A DNA stretch of 64,000 bases from Mobula hypostoma (lineage: Eukaryota), in assembly GCF_963921235.1 (NCBI RefSeq), contig NC_086109.1, positions 27,592,001 through 27,656,000 of the forward strand, read 5' to 3'. Shown here piece by piece: positions 1 to 11,163 of the stretch. The position numbers were made by a program, and so were the translations under genes. The notes below the pieces were generated by a model. The model worked only from the letters and a program-made list of their open reading frames with translations. It was not told where the DNA came from and ran no database searches. Numbering within the stretch: the first letter of the stretch is position 1; the number at the start of each line of letters is the position of its first letter.

Positions 1-274
1 ACAGTTAATTATCACTCACTTCAGCTCAAGAAAAAGCTACATCTAATTGGCTCCACTATTTGTGAAGGTAATTCATAATAAGAACTTGAATTTGCATAGC
101 TCCCACCAACAGCAGTAAAGTTATTGGGCTAGTAATCTAGAGGTCTAAAATAACATTTCAGAGAATGAAGTTTCAAATAAAGAATTAAATTGTAAATTTA
201 TGTTCAGTTAATCACTTGATTTTTAAAAATTGTTTGCATTAATGGCAATAAAATTACCTGCTAAATTTGTATCT

Positions 275-975
275 CAGACATCCCACCTCTCCCGGAACTT
301 CCGGGAGTCTCCCGCATACTAATAGTGGCTCCCTGATGCCCGCAAATTATATACAATATCACAGAAATCAATTTTTTTGAGAGCGAGCGAGAGAAAAGAA
401 AGAGAGAGCGCGAGAGCGACCACGAGAGAGAGTGCGCACGCGAGAGAGAAAGCAAGAGCATGCGAGCGAGAGCGAAGGCAAGCGAGGGCGTGAGCGAGCG
501 AGAGCGAACTAGTGAGCGAGAAAGCGAGAGACAGCGAGCGAGCAAGAAAGCAAGCGAGAGAGGGAGAGCGAAAGAGAAAGCAAGCAAGAGCGCGTGAGTG
601 ACCACAAGAGAGAAAGAGAGAGAGAGAGAGCGCACCATTGCAGAGTGTTCCAAAAAAAATATAACACGTACGTCACCCCAGACTACACTAAAGTGTACCC
701 CTGCCTAATAGGGGTCAAAATAATGACAGTGTTGCTCGCTGCACTGTTTGCAACAATGACTTTTCTATTGCTCATGGTGGGTTAAGACTGTAAAAGACAT
801 GCTGAGGTGAGTTTAACAGGTGTCATTCGTTCATTAGCATAGCTAATGTTATTTAAACTAGCTGGCCAGCTGCTATGGAGCTACTCTATTGCAGACATCC
901 CACCTCTCCCGGAAGTCTCCCGCAAATTGATGGTGCTACCTCCCTGAAATGAGTTTTTGCAGGGTGGGATGTCTG
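275..975. mobile_element. Non-autonomous TIR DNA transposon with 6-bp TSD (hAT-like, copy 1)
   Basis: TIR CAGACATCCCACC (275) / GGTGGGATGTCTG (ends 975). Flanked by perfect direct repeat GTATCT (269-274, 976-981). Internal GA/GC-rich simple repeat at 378-632. A related copy lies at 42856-44507. Confidence 0.85.
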
Positions 976-980
976 GTATC

Positions 981-1043
981 TATATACACACACACATATA
1001 TGTCTATCTATCTATATGCACACATTTTTATATATACACATAT

Positions 1044-1089
<46 letters not shown>

Positions 1090-1110
1090 TGTTCGTGTGT
1101 GTGTTTGTAT
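981..1110. repeat. (TA)n/(CA)n compound microsatellite
   Basis: Directly visible TATA/CACA/GTGT runs. Confidence 0.95.
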
Positions 1111-1182
1111 ATCATCCTTACTTGGCTTGGTATACATGTGGCATCAGACCCATCAGTGTGATTTTTAAACAATCTCAAGGAG

Positions 1183-1940
1183 TCATAGAGCACTACACCA
1201 GAGAAACAGGCTGTTCAGTCCATCTAGTCCATGCTAACTTATTCTTCTGCCTAGCCCTATCTACGTACATCCAACCATAGCCCACCATATCCCTCTCAAA
1301 CATGTACCCATCCAAACTTCTCCTAAACTTTTCGATTCAACCCACATCCACCACTTCCCCAGGCAGCTTGTTCCACATTTGTGCCACCCTCCAAGCGAAG
1401 TAGTTCCTCCTCAGTTTAGTTCACCTTTCACTCTAAACCTATGACCTCTAGCTCTAGTCTCACCCAACCACAGGGGAAAATGTCTAATTGCTTTATCACT
1501 GTCTATTCTCTGCTTCGTTCCTTTCCACGCCTCTCGGCGCATCTGGTGGCAAATGTGCCGTTTCTTTACCATTTTTGTTTTTTTTTAATTACGAGGCCGA
1601 GTTACTCGCTCGATGCTCAACCCAGCACGGATGGAAAGCGTGCAAGGAGCTGGCTGGATTCAAACCAGGGACCACTCACATCAAAGTCCATTGCGGATGC
1701 CACGCTGGCTGGCTGAACGCTATCAATCACCCTCATAAATCTGTATACCTCTACAAGATCTCCCTTCATTTTCAAACGCTCCCGGGAATAAAATCATAAC
1801 CTATTCAACCTTTCCCTATAACTCAGGTCATCTGGTCCTGTCAACATCTTTATAAACTTTCACTGCATTCTTTCAAGCTCATTAATCTCTTTCCTGTAGG
1901 TAGGTGACAAGAACTGCACACAATACTTCAAAAGCAGCCT
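1183..1940 (-). mobile_element. CR1 LINE 3' fragment (degenerate), interrupted by a SINE
   Basis: Same CR1 3'-UTR/ORF2-end pattern as other copies in the window (GAAACAGGC..TTCAGTCC; AAGAACTGCACACAATACTTCAA). Confidence 0.7.
1505..1715 (-). mobile_element. tRNA-derived SINE
   Basis: Minus-strand Pol III B-box GGTTTGAATCC (1656-1666) near the 5' end, internal A-rich tract, about 210 bp, splits the CR1 fragment. Confidence 0.6.
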
Positions 1941-2016
1941 CAGCAAAGCCTTATGCATATCACAAGCCACTTATTTTGAGAGCAACTTGAGGCTGAGCAA
2001 CAATTTTTGGCCTTAC

Positions 2017-2108
2017 CAGTGACAATCATTCCAGCATATTCAACTAAATAAATACAGAGTGGCTTGCAACTCATACTCCAATGTGTAAGATACCTTGGGA
2101 ATTTTATT
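2017..2108 (-). pseudogene. Putative decayed exon (DHC_N2-like; ..YTLEYELQATL../..THWSMSCKPLCIYLVEYAGMIVTG)
   Basis: Strong acceptor TTCTAAATTTCTGCAG and donor G|GTAAGG; 92 nt. Confidence 0.4.
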
Positions 2109-2532
2109 CTGCAGAAATTTAGAATCAGGCTACAATGCACAAAATGGGCTTAAGTCCTCTGCTCAATGCCTTTTTAAAAGAAAACATTTCATTTACAGTA
2201 TCAGTGCACATGCAAGTTCCCATAATGATTTTGAATAAAACACAGGAGTCCCACCATTATTTATCTCCCAAGATCACTGAATCGGTTCAACTGTCAATTT
2301 ACCTCATTGCTGTTTGCATGGGTTTTACCAGTGTAGATACTGGCTGTTAAGTTTGCCCCCAAAATCAGCAATGAGACTTCAAATGTGTTTCATAGCCAAA
2401 AAAAATTTCTAGTGAAGGCAAGGAAAGCACTGTACTAATACAATCTGTTTTATCCATAAAGTATTGCCTTCCTCTGGTTAAATCTAGAAGATGACCACCT
2501 CTGTGCATACTGATGACAACACATTCTGCTTT

Positions 2533-2662
2533 CAAATCTCTTACTAACTCTTCCTTCAGTTAGTCCTGACGAAGGGACTCGGCCTGAAACATCGACTGTA
2601 ACTCTTCCTAGAGATGTTGCCTGGCCTGCTGCATTCACCAGCAACTTTGATGTGTGTTGTTT
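2533..2662 (+). mobile_element. Penelope pLTR-derived mini-insert carrying a minimal hammerhead ribozyme
   Basis: AGTC-CTGACGA-AGGGACTCGGCCT-GAAAC-ATC-GACT core. Flanked by 12-bp direct repeat ACATTCTGCTTT (2521-2532, 2663-2674). Confidence 0.75.
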
Positions 2663-2879
2663 ACATTCTGCTTTGTATTATGTTTTGTTGTCAGATTGTT
2701 TGTCAAACTCTAAACTTCAGATGAGCCTGAATTTTCTAGTCCATGCTGTTTGGTATCATTTCATCTAACCTTATGGTCGTTCCTGTCTACTTGTTCAAGC
2801 TCAAAGGAGAGCAACTGTCGTGCTCTGCAATTTACATTTTGTGCTTCAAACAATATAGTTTACTACTCAGCAACTGAGC

Positions 2880-3460
2880 CTACAGTATCCGCAACAAGCA
2901 GGATTTCCCAGTGGCCAACCATTTTAATTCCAGTCCCTACTCCTATTCTGATATGTCAGTTCACGGTCTCCTCTACTGCCAGAATGAGGTCACTCTCAGT
3001 GGGAGAAGCAACAACCTATATTCCGTCTGGGTACCCTCCGACCTGATGGCATGAGCATAGCTTTCTCCAACTTCCAATAATTCCCCACACCGTCCCTCTT
3101 CATCAATTCCTCATTCTCCCTCCCCTCTTACTTCTTCTCCTCAACCTACTTATCACCACCTCGTGGCTCTCCTCCTTCCCTTTCTCCCATGTGGCCTACT
3201 CTCCTCTCCTATCAGATTCCTTCTTCTTCAGCCCTTTACCTTTTCCACCTATCACCTCCCAGGTACTTACTTCATTCCCACTCCCCTGTTGGCTTTACCT
3301 GTCAACTTCCAGTTTGCAGCCCTTCCCCCCTCCGAACCTTCTTATTCTGGCTTCTTCCCCCTTCCTTTCCGTCCTGATGAAGGGTCTCAGACCGAATGAT
3401 TCCTGCTTTCCACAGATGCTGCCTGACCTGCTGAGTTCCTCCAGAATTTTGTGTGTGTTT
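2880..3460 (+). mobile_element. Penelope-like element 3' fragment (GIY-YIG endonuclease end plus pLTR with degenerate hammerhead)
   Basis: Translates to PVANHFNS..SDMSVHGLLYCQNE..FRLGTLRPDGM (GIY-YIG C-terminus, frameshifted). Followed by a CT-rich tract, CTGATGAAGGGTCTC at ~3375 and the GATGCTGCCTGACCTGCTGAGTTCCTCCAG tail. Confidence 0.8.
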
Positions 3461-5321
3461 TTACTCAACAGATCATCTTAGATTTACCTTTATGGCCAGA
3501 AACCACACTTCATTACTGTTGAAATCACCATTCACATTTTATCAGTTCCAGGTCTGACGATTCCAAACAAGAATCCTGAATTGAACTCTTACCTTCAATG
3601 AGCTCCACAGAATGTTTTTCCCACCCTTCATCTGTTTTTTTTTAAAACTGAGCTCCTATGGCTACCAGTTACCCTACCTGCTTGATTCCTTCCAGTCACA
3701 TTCTATCTTCCCACACCAAAACAAAATGTATGCCCCTGAGAGAGTGAGGTAACCTTAGTCAAAGTATGAAGTTTAAGAATATGGTCGTCAGTGATAGAAA
3801 GCAGAACCAGTCTTCACAAGCTATTTCAAAATGCAACATCAAAATCAGTGTCTGAATGAAAAGCACAGCTACAGTATTTGTAAATAAACAGTACTCTGCT
3901 GATCATAGATCCCTCACACACAGGTCACTTAAATGATACATTTTTTAAAAATTGTCATGACCATGAGACATCTCTACTTGCATCAGCTAAATGTACAGAC
4001 AATGAGGCAGTGTTAATTGACTAAACAAGATGTAAATAGTATAATTGTGTATTCTGAGATTCAGCTCCACAACACTAATCTCAAATATCTACTGACTCAA
4101 ATATTTTGTCAATCACAATGTGCACCCATCTGTAATTGAAACGAAATATTTGTCTGCACTCAAAATACTTAAGTAAACTATACAATTGTGACTGCTGAAA
4201 TTGTATTGAATAAACTTGAGTATTTTGAGTCAAAGGAGATTCCACTGAGAGTTTTTTTGCAGGAGAGTCTGCTACCATGCTTTCTCCTGAATTATGATGT
4301 GTTGATGGCTCATTCAAAGATACATCTTTTTCTGTTGCAGACTCTTAACTAATCACCTATTGGACCTATGGTTTTGATCTGGTCTCCTTTTTCCCTATTA
4401 TTTTACCAGCTTCCACCATTTCACTTCTATAAGACTGAATGGTTCAGGGAGTCCAAGAAAGGAGCTCTTCCAAATTCATCTATTTGACTTTGTTTGTGCA
4501 AATTGTATTTTTGAACAGCAATCATTTCTCTGCATGGGGTTGCCTACAGCACGGCGAGAATAATTTAAGGAAACATCTTCTTCTCTTCAACCATTGGAGA
4601 TTTGGTTGTTTTACACAAAAAAAATCAAATTAAAATCTTGCTTCTCACAGGTCCATGATAGCTGATCATATTTCAAAATAGTGTAGAAGGGAGTAATTAA
4701 AATTACTCCCTTCACTCTGGCATTTTCCGTTGGGCCTTTGTACTATTGACCTCCAGCAGAAACAGGGGAAGCAATTAGTACTGTGGACTTTCTTCATGCC
4801 TACAATTCTATCCTACTTTCATTAGCTGACACACCTGGATGCTTTTCATCTCAAGATCACTCACTGTGAGTGGCAGATTGGTTCGTGTTACTGCCTTGCA
4901 GTTTCAGACACACAAGGTCAATCATGCCATTTACCCTGTGAATGCAGAGTTACTTCCCAGAATGTACTGGCTGGCAGAGTAATTGGCTACTGTGAATTGC
5001 CCCTGGAGAAGGTGAGTGCAGGTATCCAGTTATGGAGGGGCTGTTGATGGGAATGCATAAAGAAAATGGGCTTAGTCTAGAAGGGTGCTTCAGTTGGCAA
5101 TAACGCAATGGAATGCAGGGCTGTATCACACTAATGTTTGCACACATTTCTTGAAAAATATCACTACGATGGAAGGTCTGCTTGATTATCTTAGACAGAG
5201 GAAAAAAAATGTCAACTAATCCACAGATAAACATTTTATCCAACCAACAATAACAACGCATGAACTCCCTGATTAAGGTTTTCAGCCTAAAACATTGACT
5301 GCTTATTCCTCTCCATTGATA

Positions 5322-5578
5322 AGACCATAAGATATAGAAGCAGAATTGAACCATTTGGGCAATTGAGTCTGCACCACCATCCATCGTGGTTGATGTATTA
5401 TCCCTCTCAACCGCATTCTTCTGCTTTCTCACCATGACCTTTGACACCCTCATTAATCAAGAAACTATCAACCTCCGCTTTAAATACACCCAATGTCATG
5501 GCCTGCAAAGCTCTCTGTGACAATGAATTCCACAGATTACCTACCCTTTGGCTAAAGAAACTTTTCACCATCTCCGTT
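5322..5578 (-). mobile_element. CR1 LINE 3' end fragment
   Basis: CR1 tail (ATAAGACCATAAGATATAG..) and AATGAATTCCACAGATT motif, shared with 11164, 59884 and 63521. Confidence 0.75.
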
Positions 5579-5629
5579 CACCTGCCAAATCATTCTACTC
5601 TTTCCCTCACTGGTGTGTGATCACTGATT

Positions 5630-6110
5630 ACTACCCTACAGGTCCTGCTTTACAGCTTTCCGCCTAACTCCCTTAATTCCGTCTTCAGGAACTCCCCTTT
5701 TTACCTACTATGTTGTTAGTACCAATACGTACCATGATTCCCGGTTGTTCACCCCTTAGAATGCTGTGGACCAAGTTAGAGACATCCTGACCCTGGCACC
5801 TGGGAGGCAACATACCATCCAGGTGTCTTTTTGACATCCACAAAATCTGCTTTCTGCTCCTCTAATTATGGAATCCCCTATCCTGTTCTCCACCCTTCTC
5901 TTCTAATCTACAGAGCCAGACTCAGTGGCAGAGATCTTGGGGCTGCTTCCCCCTGGCATAGTCCACCCCATCCCACTCTCCAACACTATCCAGTATACCT
6001 ATTATTGAGGGGAACAGCCACAGAGATGCTCTTCACTGGCTGCCTATACACTTTTTCTCTCCTGACAATCTGTCTCCTGCAACTGAGGGGTGACTACCCA
6101 ACTGTAGCTT
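5630..6110 (-). mobile_element. CR1 ORF1 (SGNH esterase-like) remnant
   Basis: Minus strand encodes MVCCLPGARVRMSL and (V)RIGTNNIV, the GTND-like esterase motif of vertebrate CR1 ORF1. Confidence 0.6.
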
Positions 6111-7399
6111 CCTAAATGCTGCCTGACCTGCTCAATTCCTCCAGCATTTTGTGCTGTGTTGCTCTGGACTCCTAGCAACTGCAAAATGTCTAGTGTTTCA
6201 CTTTTTGTGAACTTTTCACTTATTATCTTAAACCTTCAAGGTGGATGGGGTGTTAGCATAATTGCTTGAGGTTTTTTTTTTGTGCCCATCTGTCTCATAA
6301 CTGTGTGAAGATTGTAGAATACTGGTAAAGGGTCAAACCATTGAGTTATTGAATGCAAAACCACACATATCAGAAAAGCTATAAAGCTGCTTGATTGCAT
6401 GAGAAATTACACAAATCCTTGTGGAAATTATATACTCTCCGTGAAGTATTACATTTGCCGTGAAATTAAAAAGAATTCCTTATGTACAACAACAGATTGC
6501 TTCTACACAGCATATTTAATGTATAAAAATGCCCTGGAGCATTTTATTCACAAAGGGAAAAGAGAAAACAAACTCATGCATAAGGCATGCTTCCATTATA
6601 TTTTTGATGTCAAATTGGCTCATTCTATTCCAGATGAAAACAATCTTTAAGAAACTGAAATTAAAGCCAGCTTTATAACAAAATAAATTCAGAAAATGAT
6701 GAACACACATAGAAAGACAATGAATACTGATTACAGAAAACGCCAGATACAATGTCCTGTGTATTTCCACTAACTAGTTCTTTTCAACATTTTCTGACCT
6801 CACTCCAGACATACATCTTTTGTATTTACTTTACTTGCATTGTTTAGTTGGTTTTCTTACCCAGAATCAGGCATCTACAATTAAACTTACAGTTTATGAT
6901 AGCAACAAATAGGAAAATAAAGAATTTTACCCAGGAGCAGCAACATTATGATTGATTAATGGTCTAGTAAGCCAGAGATCTGGACTCATCTGATGGAGAT
7001 TAATTCAAAATTTGATGAAGTAGCTGGACAGTTTAATTAAAATGGAATTAGAGTTTCTTTTAAAAGACTAGTACATTGACAGTGACCATGAAACTACAAA
7101 ATGCCCTGGAATATTGCTTTTCTGCTGCTTATGCATAGGAGGGGAGAGTTGGGGGTGGTCTTTGGGGTTCTAACATTTAACTGTCATTCATTCTTTGGGG
7201 CACTCCTCTGTTTTCATGGATGTTTGAGAAGAAAAAGAATTTTAGGATGTATATTGTACACTTTTCTCTGACACTAAATGTACTCATTGAAACCTTTTGA
7301 AATGCTATACATCCCATATAATTCACCAGGGAAAAAAAGAAATTTGCAGCCAATGTCTTGCCTGTGTAATTCTACACCCATTCCAATGAGCTGAATGAC

Positions 7400-7688
7400 C
7401 TCTGAAGAGGTCCAGACAGAAAAGTCTAGCAAGTTGTATCAATAGATTATTTCAAAACTGTAATGATAAATATAGCCCGCTGGGCGATTATATCTGACTT
7501 AGATGTAATAAAATCCTGTAGAGTGAGTTGAACTGATGATAACATCGCGGTAAGTTCCAGGCCCACTGCATACTGAACTTGTCTCCCTCTTGATGATCCT
7601 ATACTTTGAACTCACAAAGAGCTTAACCAACAGTAGATCAAGAAAGATGTTGCATAAACTCGCCAGCCAACAGCCTGACATAATCACA
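7400..7688 (-). pseudogene. Putative decayed exon (CDYVRLLAGEFMQHLS*...SPSGLYL)
   Basis: Acceptor TTATGATTCCTTCAG. The frame resembles the recalled DNHD1 segment EYVRALHELIRNHFS...SGPFMDP and has several in-frame stops. 3' boundary uncertain. Confidence 0.4.
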
Positions 7689-7952
7689 CTGAAGGAATCA
7701 TAAATTTTCAGTTAATATCCCAGACCACAATTGCCTCATGATGCTGAGGAATATGTTTCTTTTTTTATCATCAGGGTAGCAACACTGTACAACTTAACTG
7801 GGAGAAAGGGAGCCAGAGAGTTGTTAATATTAATTCTTGACTTCTTAAACATGTTTTTTTAAACATTGTTAGGTAATACTGGTAATACAACTGCGCGGGT
7901 TAAACACTATACTAATTTCTAATTAAATTGGTCTTTCAATGCCATTCCTTAC

Positions 7953-8233
7953 TTATTCCTTAACCTCATTACTCAACAATTCTTTGGGAATACCTTCACC
8001 AGACAGGTTGATGGATTCATGGCCAATAAATGCAGGTCTTCTTTGCCAACGATAAACTAAATTTACTGTATTTATCTGTTGTCGACTCAAACCGTGTTTT
8101 GAAATGGCTCTTGGCAAACAACTGCTTAAGGTCATTTTCTAGAACCCTCACTACCCAGAAGGAATGGGAAACGACACTTAATACTACCACACTATCAATA
8201 TTCATGCATCAACAATGCAACTAAATTTCTTTC
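7953..8233 (-). pseudogene. Putative decayed exon (..VLENDLKQLFAKSHFKTRFESTTDKYSKF..)
   Basis: AG acceptor at 8234-8235, donor GTAAGG ending at 7952; helical protein-like translation with a frameshift and stops. Confidence 0.35.
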
Positions 8234-8771
8234 CTTTAAATGTGCTTTATTAATGGTATGGGTATCAATAAAAATGGTCTGAAGTAATTGACTGTAACAT
8301 CTCAATACTGAGCAAATAAAGAAATAAACAATGATTCATGATTAATGTCATTTCCAATACACCAGTGTAAAGCAGAATGGAATAATTGTTACTATGGATC
8401 CGATGCAGCACCAAAACATAATAAACATAACACCGGCTGAAAAGAAGGGGTCTTTTAGTAATAGATTAAGACAACTGCAGTGCTGCTAAGAGTGCTATAT
8501 GAGGCTATTCTCATATTCTCAATGCTGCTAAGAGTCTATATGAGGACATTAAGCTCTATAACGAGTCAACCTATAGCCAGGGAAGTGATGACCCCCTCCT
8601 GTTAGACTATCTGAGGTAACATTTTTTTATTCTTTCTTACTTCTTTTCCAATATTTGTATACTTTTCTATCTGTGCTACTATGACATAGTTATTTCCTTT
8701 GGGATCAATAAAGTATCTATCTAGTTATAAAAACACAATAAACATAAATACATATGATAACTTACATACAT

Positions 8772-9004
8772 GGTAATAAACACAAAATGCTGGAGGAAGT
8801 CAGCAGCTCGGGCAGCATCTATTGAAAAGGGTAAACAGGTAAGGCTATAGGCAAAGACCCTTCACCAGGACCCATGAAGGGACTCAGACCATAATGTCAA
8901 CTGTTTTCTCTTTTCAATAGATATGCCTTGGCCTGCTGACTTCCTCCAGCATGTTGTGAGTATCACTTTGATTTTCAGCATCTGCAGATTTTCTCTTGCT
9001 TGAG
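8772..9004. mobile_element. Tail-to-tail inverted Penelope pLTR cassette (older, degenerate)
   Basis: Imperfect inverted arms at ~8781-8870 and ~8874-8958. Flanked by 11-bp direct repeat CTTACATACAT (8761-8771, 9005-9015) inside a LINE 3'-UTR remnant. Confidence 0.7.
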
Positions 9005-9946
9005 CTTACATACATAGATTGATTTTATGTCCATAAAGTGATGCTAGGCGCAAGAGTGTCTATACTTAACATAACTCTGACAGGAAATGATAAAGTAGTG
9101 GTGGTGGTAGGGGTAGGTTAGTGAGTGGAGGTGTGGATTAGCCTTACAGCTTGGGGAAAATAATTGTTTTTAGGTCTAGTGGTCCTGGCATGGATGCTAC
9201 GTAGCCTCCTCCCTGAGCAGAGCAAGACAAAAAGTGAATGAGGAGGGTGAGTGGGATCCATCATTAAGCCTTTCTAAGTTAATTAGAGCAAGGAACTCAA
9301 TTCAATTAGGTGGCTTGCGTAAACTGTTAATTTGGCAAATGTTCAGCTGTCTATTATTGTCACATGTAGCAAGATACAGTGAAAAGCTTTTGTCTGTGTG
9401 CCATCCAAATACATCACCCCATAAGTAAGTACATCAACATGGGGGGAGAAAAAGAACAGAATGCAGAAAGTCGTGTTACAGTTACAAGGAAAATGCTGTG
9501 AAAATGGACAAATAAGGTGCAAGTTTCACGATGAGATAGATTGAGAGATCAAGGATTTAGGTTTAGCAATAAGACATCTGTAAAAGTTATCTTTGACCAA
9601 CAAATCAGAAACTTCCTTGAATCTGGTACCTGCTTTGAAGCTTTTCTATTTTCTGCCTGATAAGAAAGAAGAAAAGAAAGAAACACCAGGGTGTGGGAGA
9701 TCCTTTATTTTGTTGACCTCTATTCTGATGAAGGGCAACATGGAATATTAAAATCTGGATTGCAATAATATGGGAGAAGGCAAGCAAGATTAAGCAGGAA
9801 ATCTGTGGTTTGGACCGTTATCCATGAGAAGTTAGTGGGCAACATCTGACAGAGGTTTTGTAAATTGTCAACAAGCTCTTATATTCTTACTTTGTCTCTC
9901 CTAGAACATTAGGAAATTGGTAACAAGTGAAGGATGCAAAACATAC

Positions 9947-10184
9947 ATGTCAAATAGATGACTCGTTGATGCATGTGGACCTTTTATTGTTCACAACATC
10001 GTGCGTGGATGACTCAGCAGATGACCAGTTCACAATGACTGGAATTGCAAACAGGCCAATATCAAGTCAACCTACACTGAAGTCATTTCAAAGCGTCCAA
10101 AAGATTGTCACTTCTTTAAAAAACAAATCTTGAACTTCTCCTCCAAGTCACACCATGAACTCAGTGTCAATCAGGTTAGAAATC
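9947..10184 (-). pseudogene. Putative decayed exon (ISNLIDTEFMV*LGGEVQDLFFKEVTIFWTL*NDF...IPVIVNWS)
   Basis: Acceptor TTTAAAG, donor GTATGT; 238 nt; one frame with four TGA stops. Confidence 0.35.
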
Positions 10185-10308
10185 CTTTAAACACTGTTAT
10201 TAATATTTAATCACAGGTGCAAAATAACTGTCAGGTAAGAAAACAAGCAAAAGAAATAACCCTGAGGTGTAAGACAGGATACAGCCCATAGTTTTCAGTG
10301 AATCTTTG

Positions 10309-10824
10309 AAGCTGATTTATACTTCTGCGTCAAATTGAGTTGTAGGTACGGCGTAGCCGCAAACCCTACGCAGAGCCTACGTGGATCCCTATGGGCCGTA
10401 GCCTGAAGTGCACCTCTCCCAAAATGTAACTATGCGTTGCGGCAATGCAGACCGCAACAACTGTGATTGGTCCTCTTGGCAACATCGCATATCCTACTAC
10501 GCTGCGATAGCTTCCCATTGGGTGACTGAAGGGCAGGGAAAGAACTCTGGCTGCAATGCTTTCCATAAAGCTTTACAGACCTCCGAAATTATGGAGAACA
10601 AATTTCGCTTTTATGAAAAAAGACGTTCGCTTTAAACTTGTTTACCCCGAGAAAGACTACCATGACCATGAAGCCTTGCACGGGCAGGTGTGTGCGCATG
10701 CGCAATGTGCCTGAATTGCAGAGTGACGCAGACACACCAGCACACAAGTATAAATGCTCACAATGCGCATAGGCCACTTGCGTAGGTTACGGCGTCCATT
10801 TGACACGGAAGTATAAATCGGCCT
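10309..10824. mobile_element. PIF/Harbinger-like non-autonomous element (MITE)
   Basis: About 26-bp TIRs AAGCTGATTTATACTTCTGCGTCAAA / TTTGACACGGAAGTATAAATCGGCCT; 3-bp flanks TTG/TTA (TWA-type TSD, 1 mismatch). Confidence 0.75.
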
Positions 10825-11163
10825 TTAGAGCTCACAAGCTGCTTGAAAACAAATATTTGAATATGTTAATTGAGCTCATTATCATGGCTGTACCAAATGT
10901 GGTAAACGAGGTGTGCCCAGTGTAACCAAATGGTCTCAAATTTCTTCAGCCTGAAAAACCAAATATGGGTAAATAATTGTACTTGCAGCACATTCTATTC
11001 AAAAATGTGCTTTATTTGTCACATGTACATTGAAACATCGAAGCACAGTGAAATGTGTTGCTAAGTCGGGGAGGTGCTGGGGCAGCCCGCAAGAGTCGCC
11101 ACTCTTCCAGCGCCAACACAGAATGCCTTACTAACCGTAACTCATACACCTTTGAAATTGTAC

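Noticed and set aside
261..1280. ORFs rich in SLSR or YIYI
   Set aside because: Artefacts of (GA/GC)n and (TA/CA)n simple repeats.
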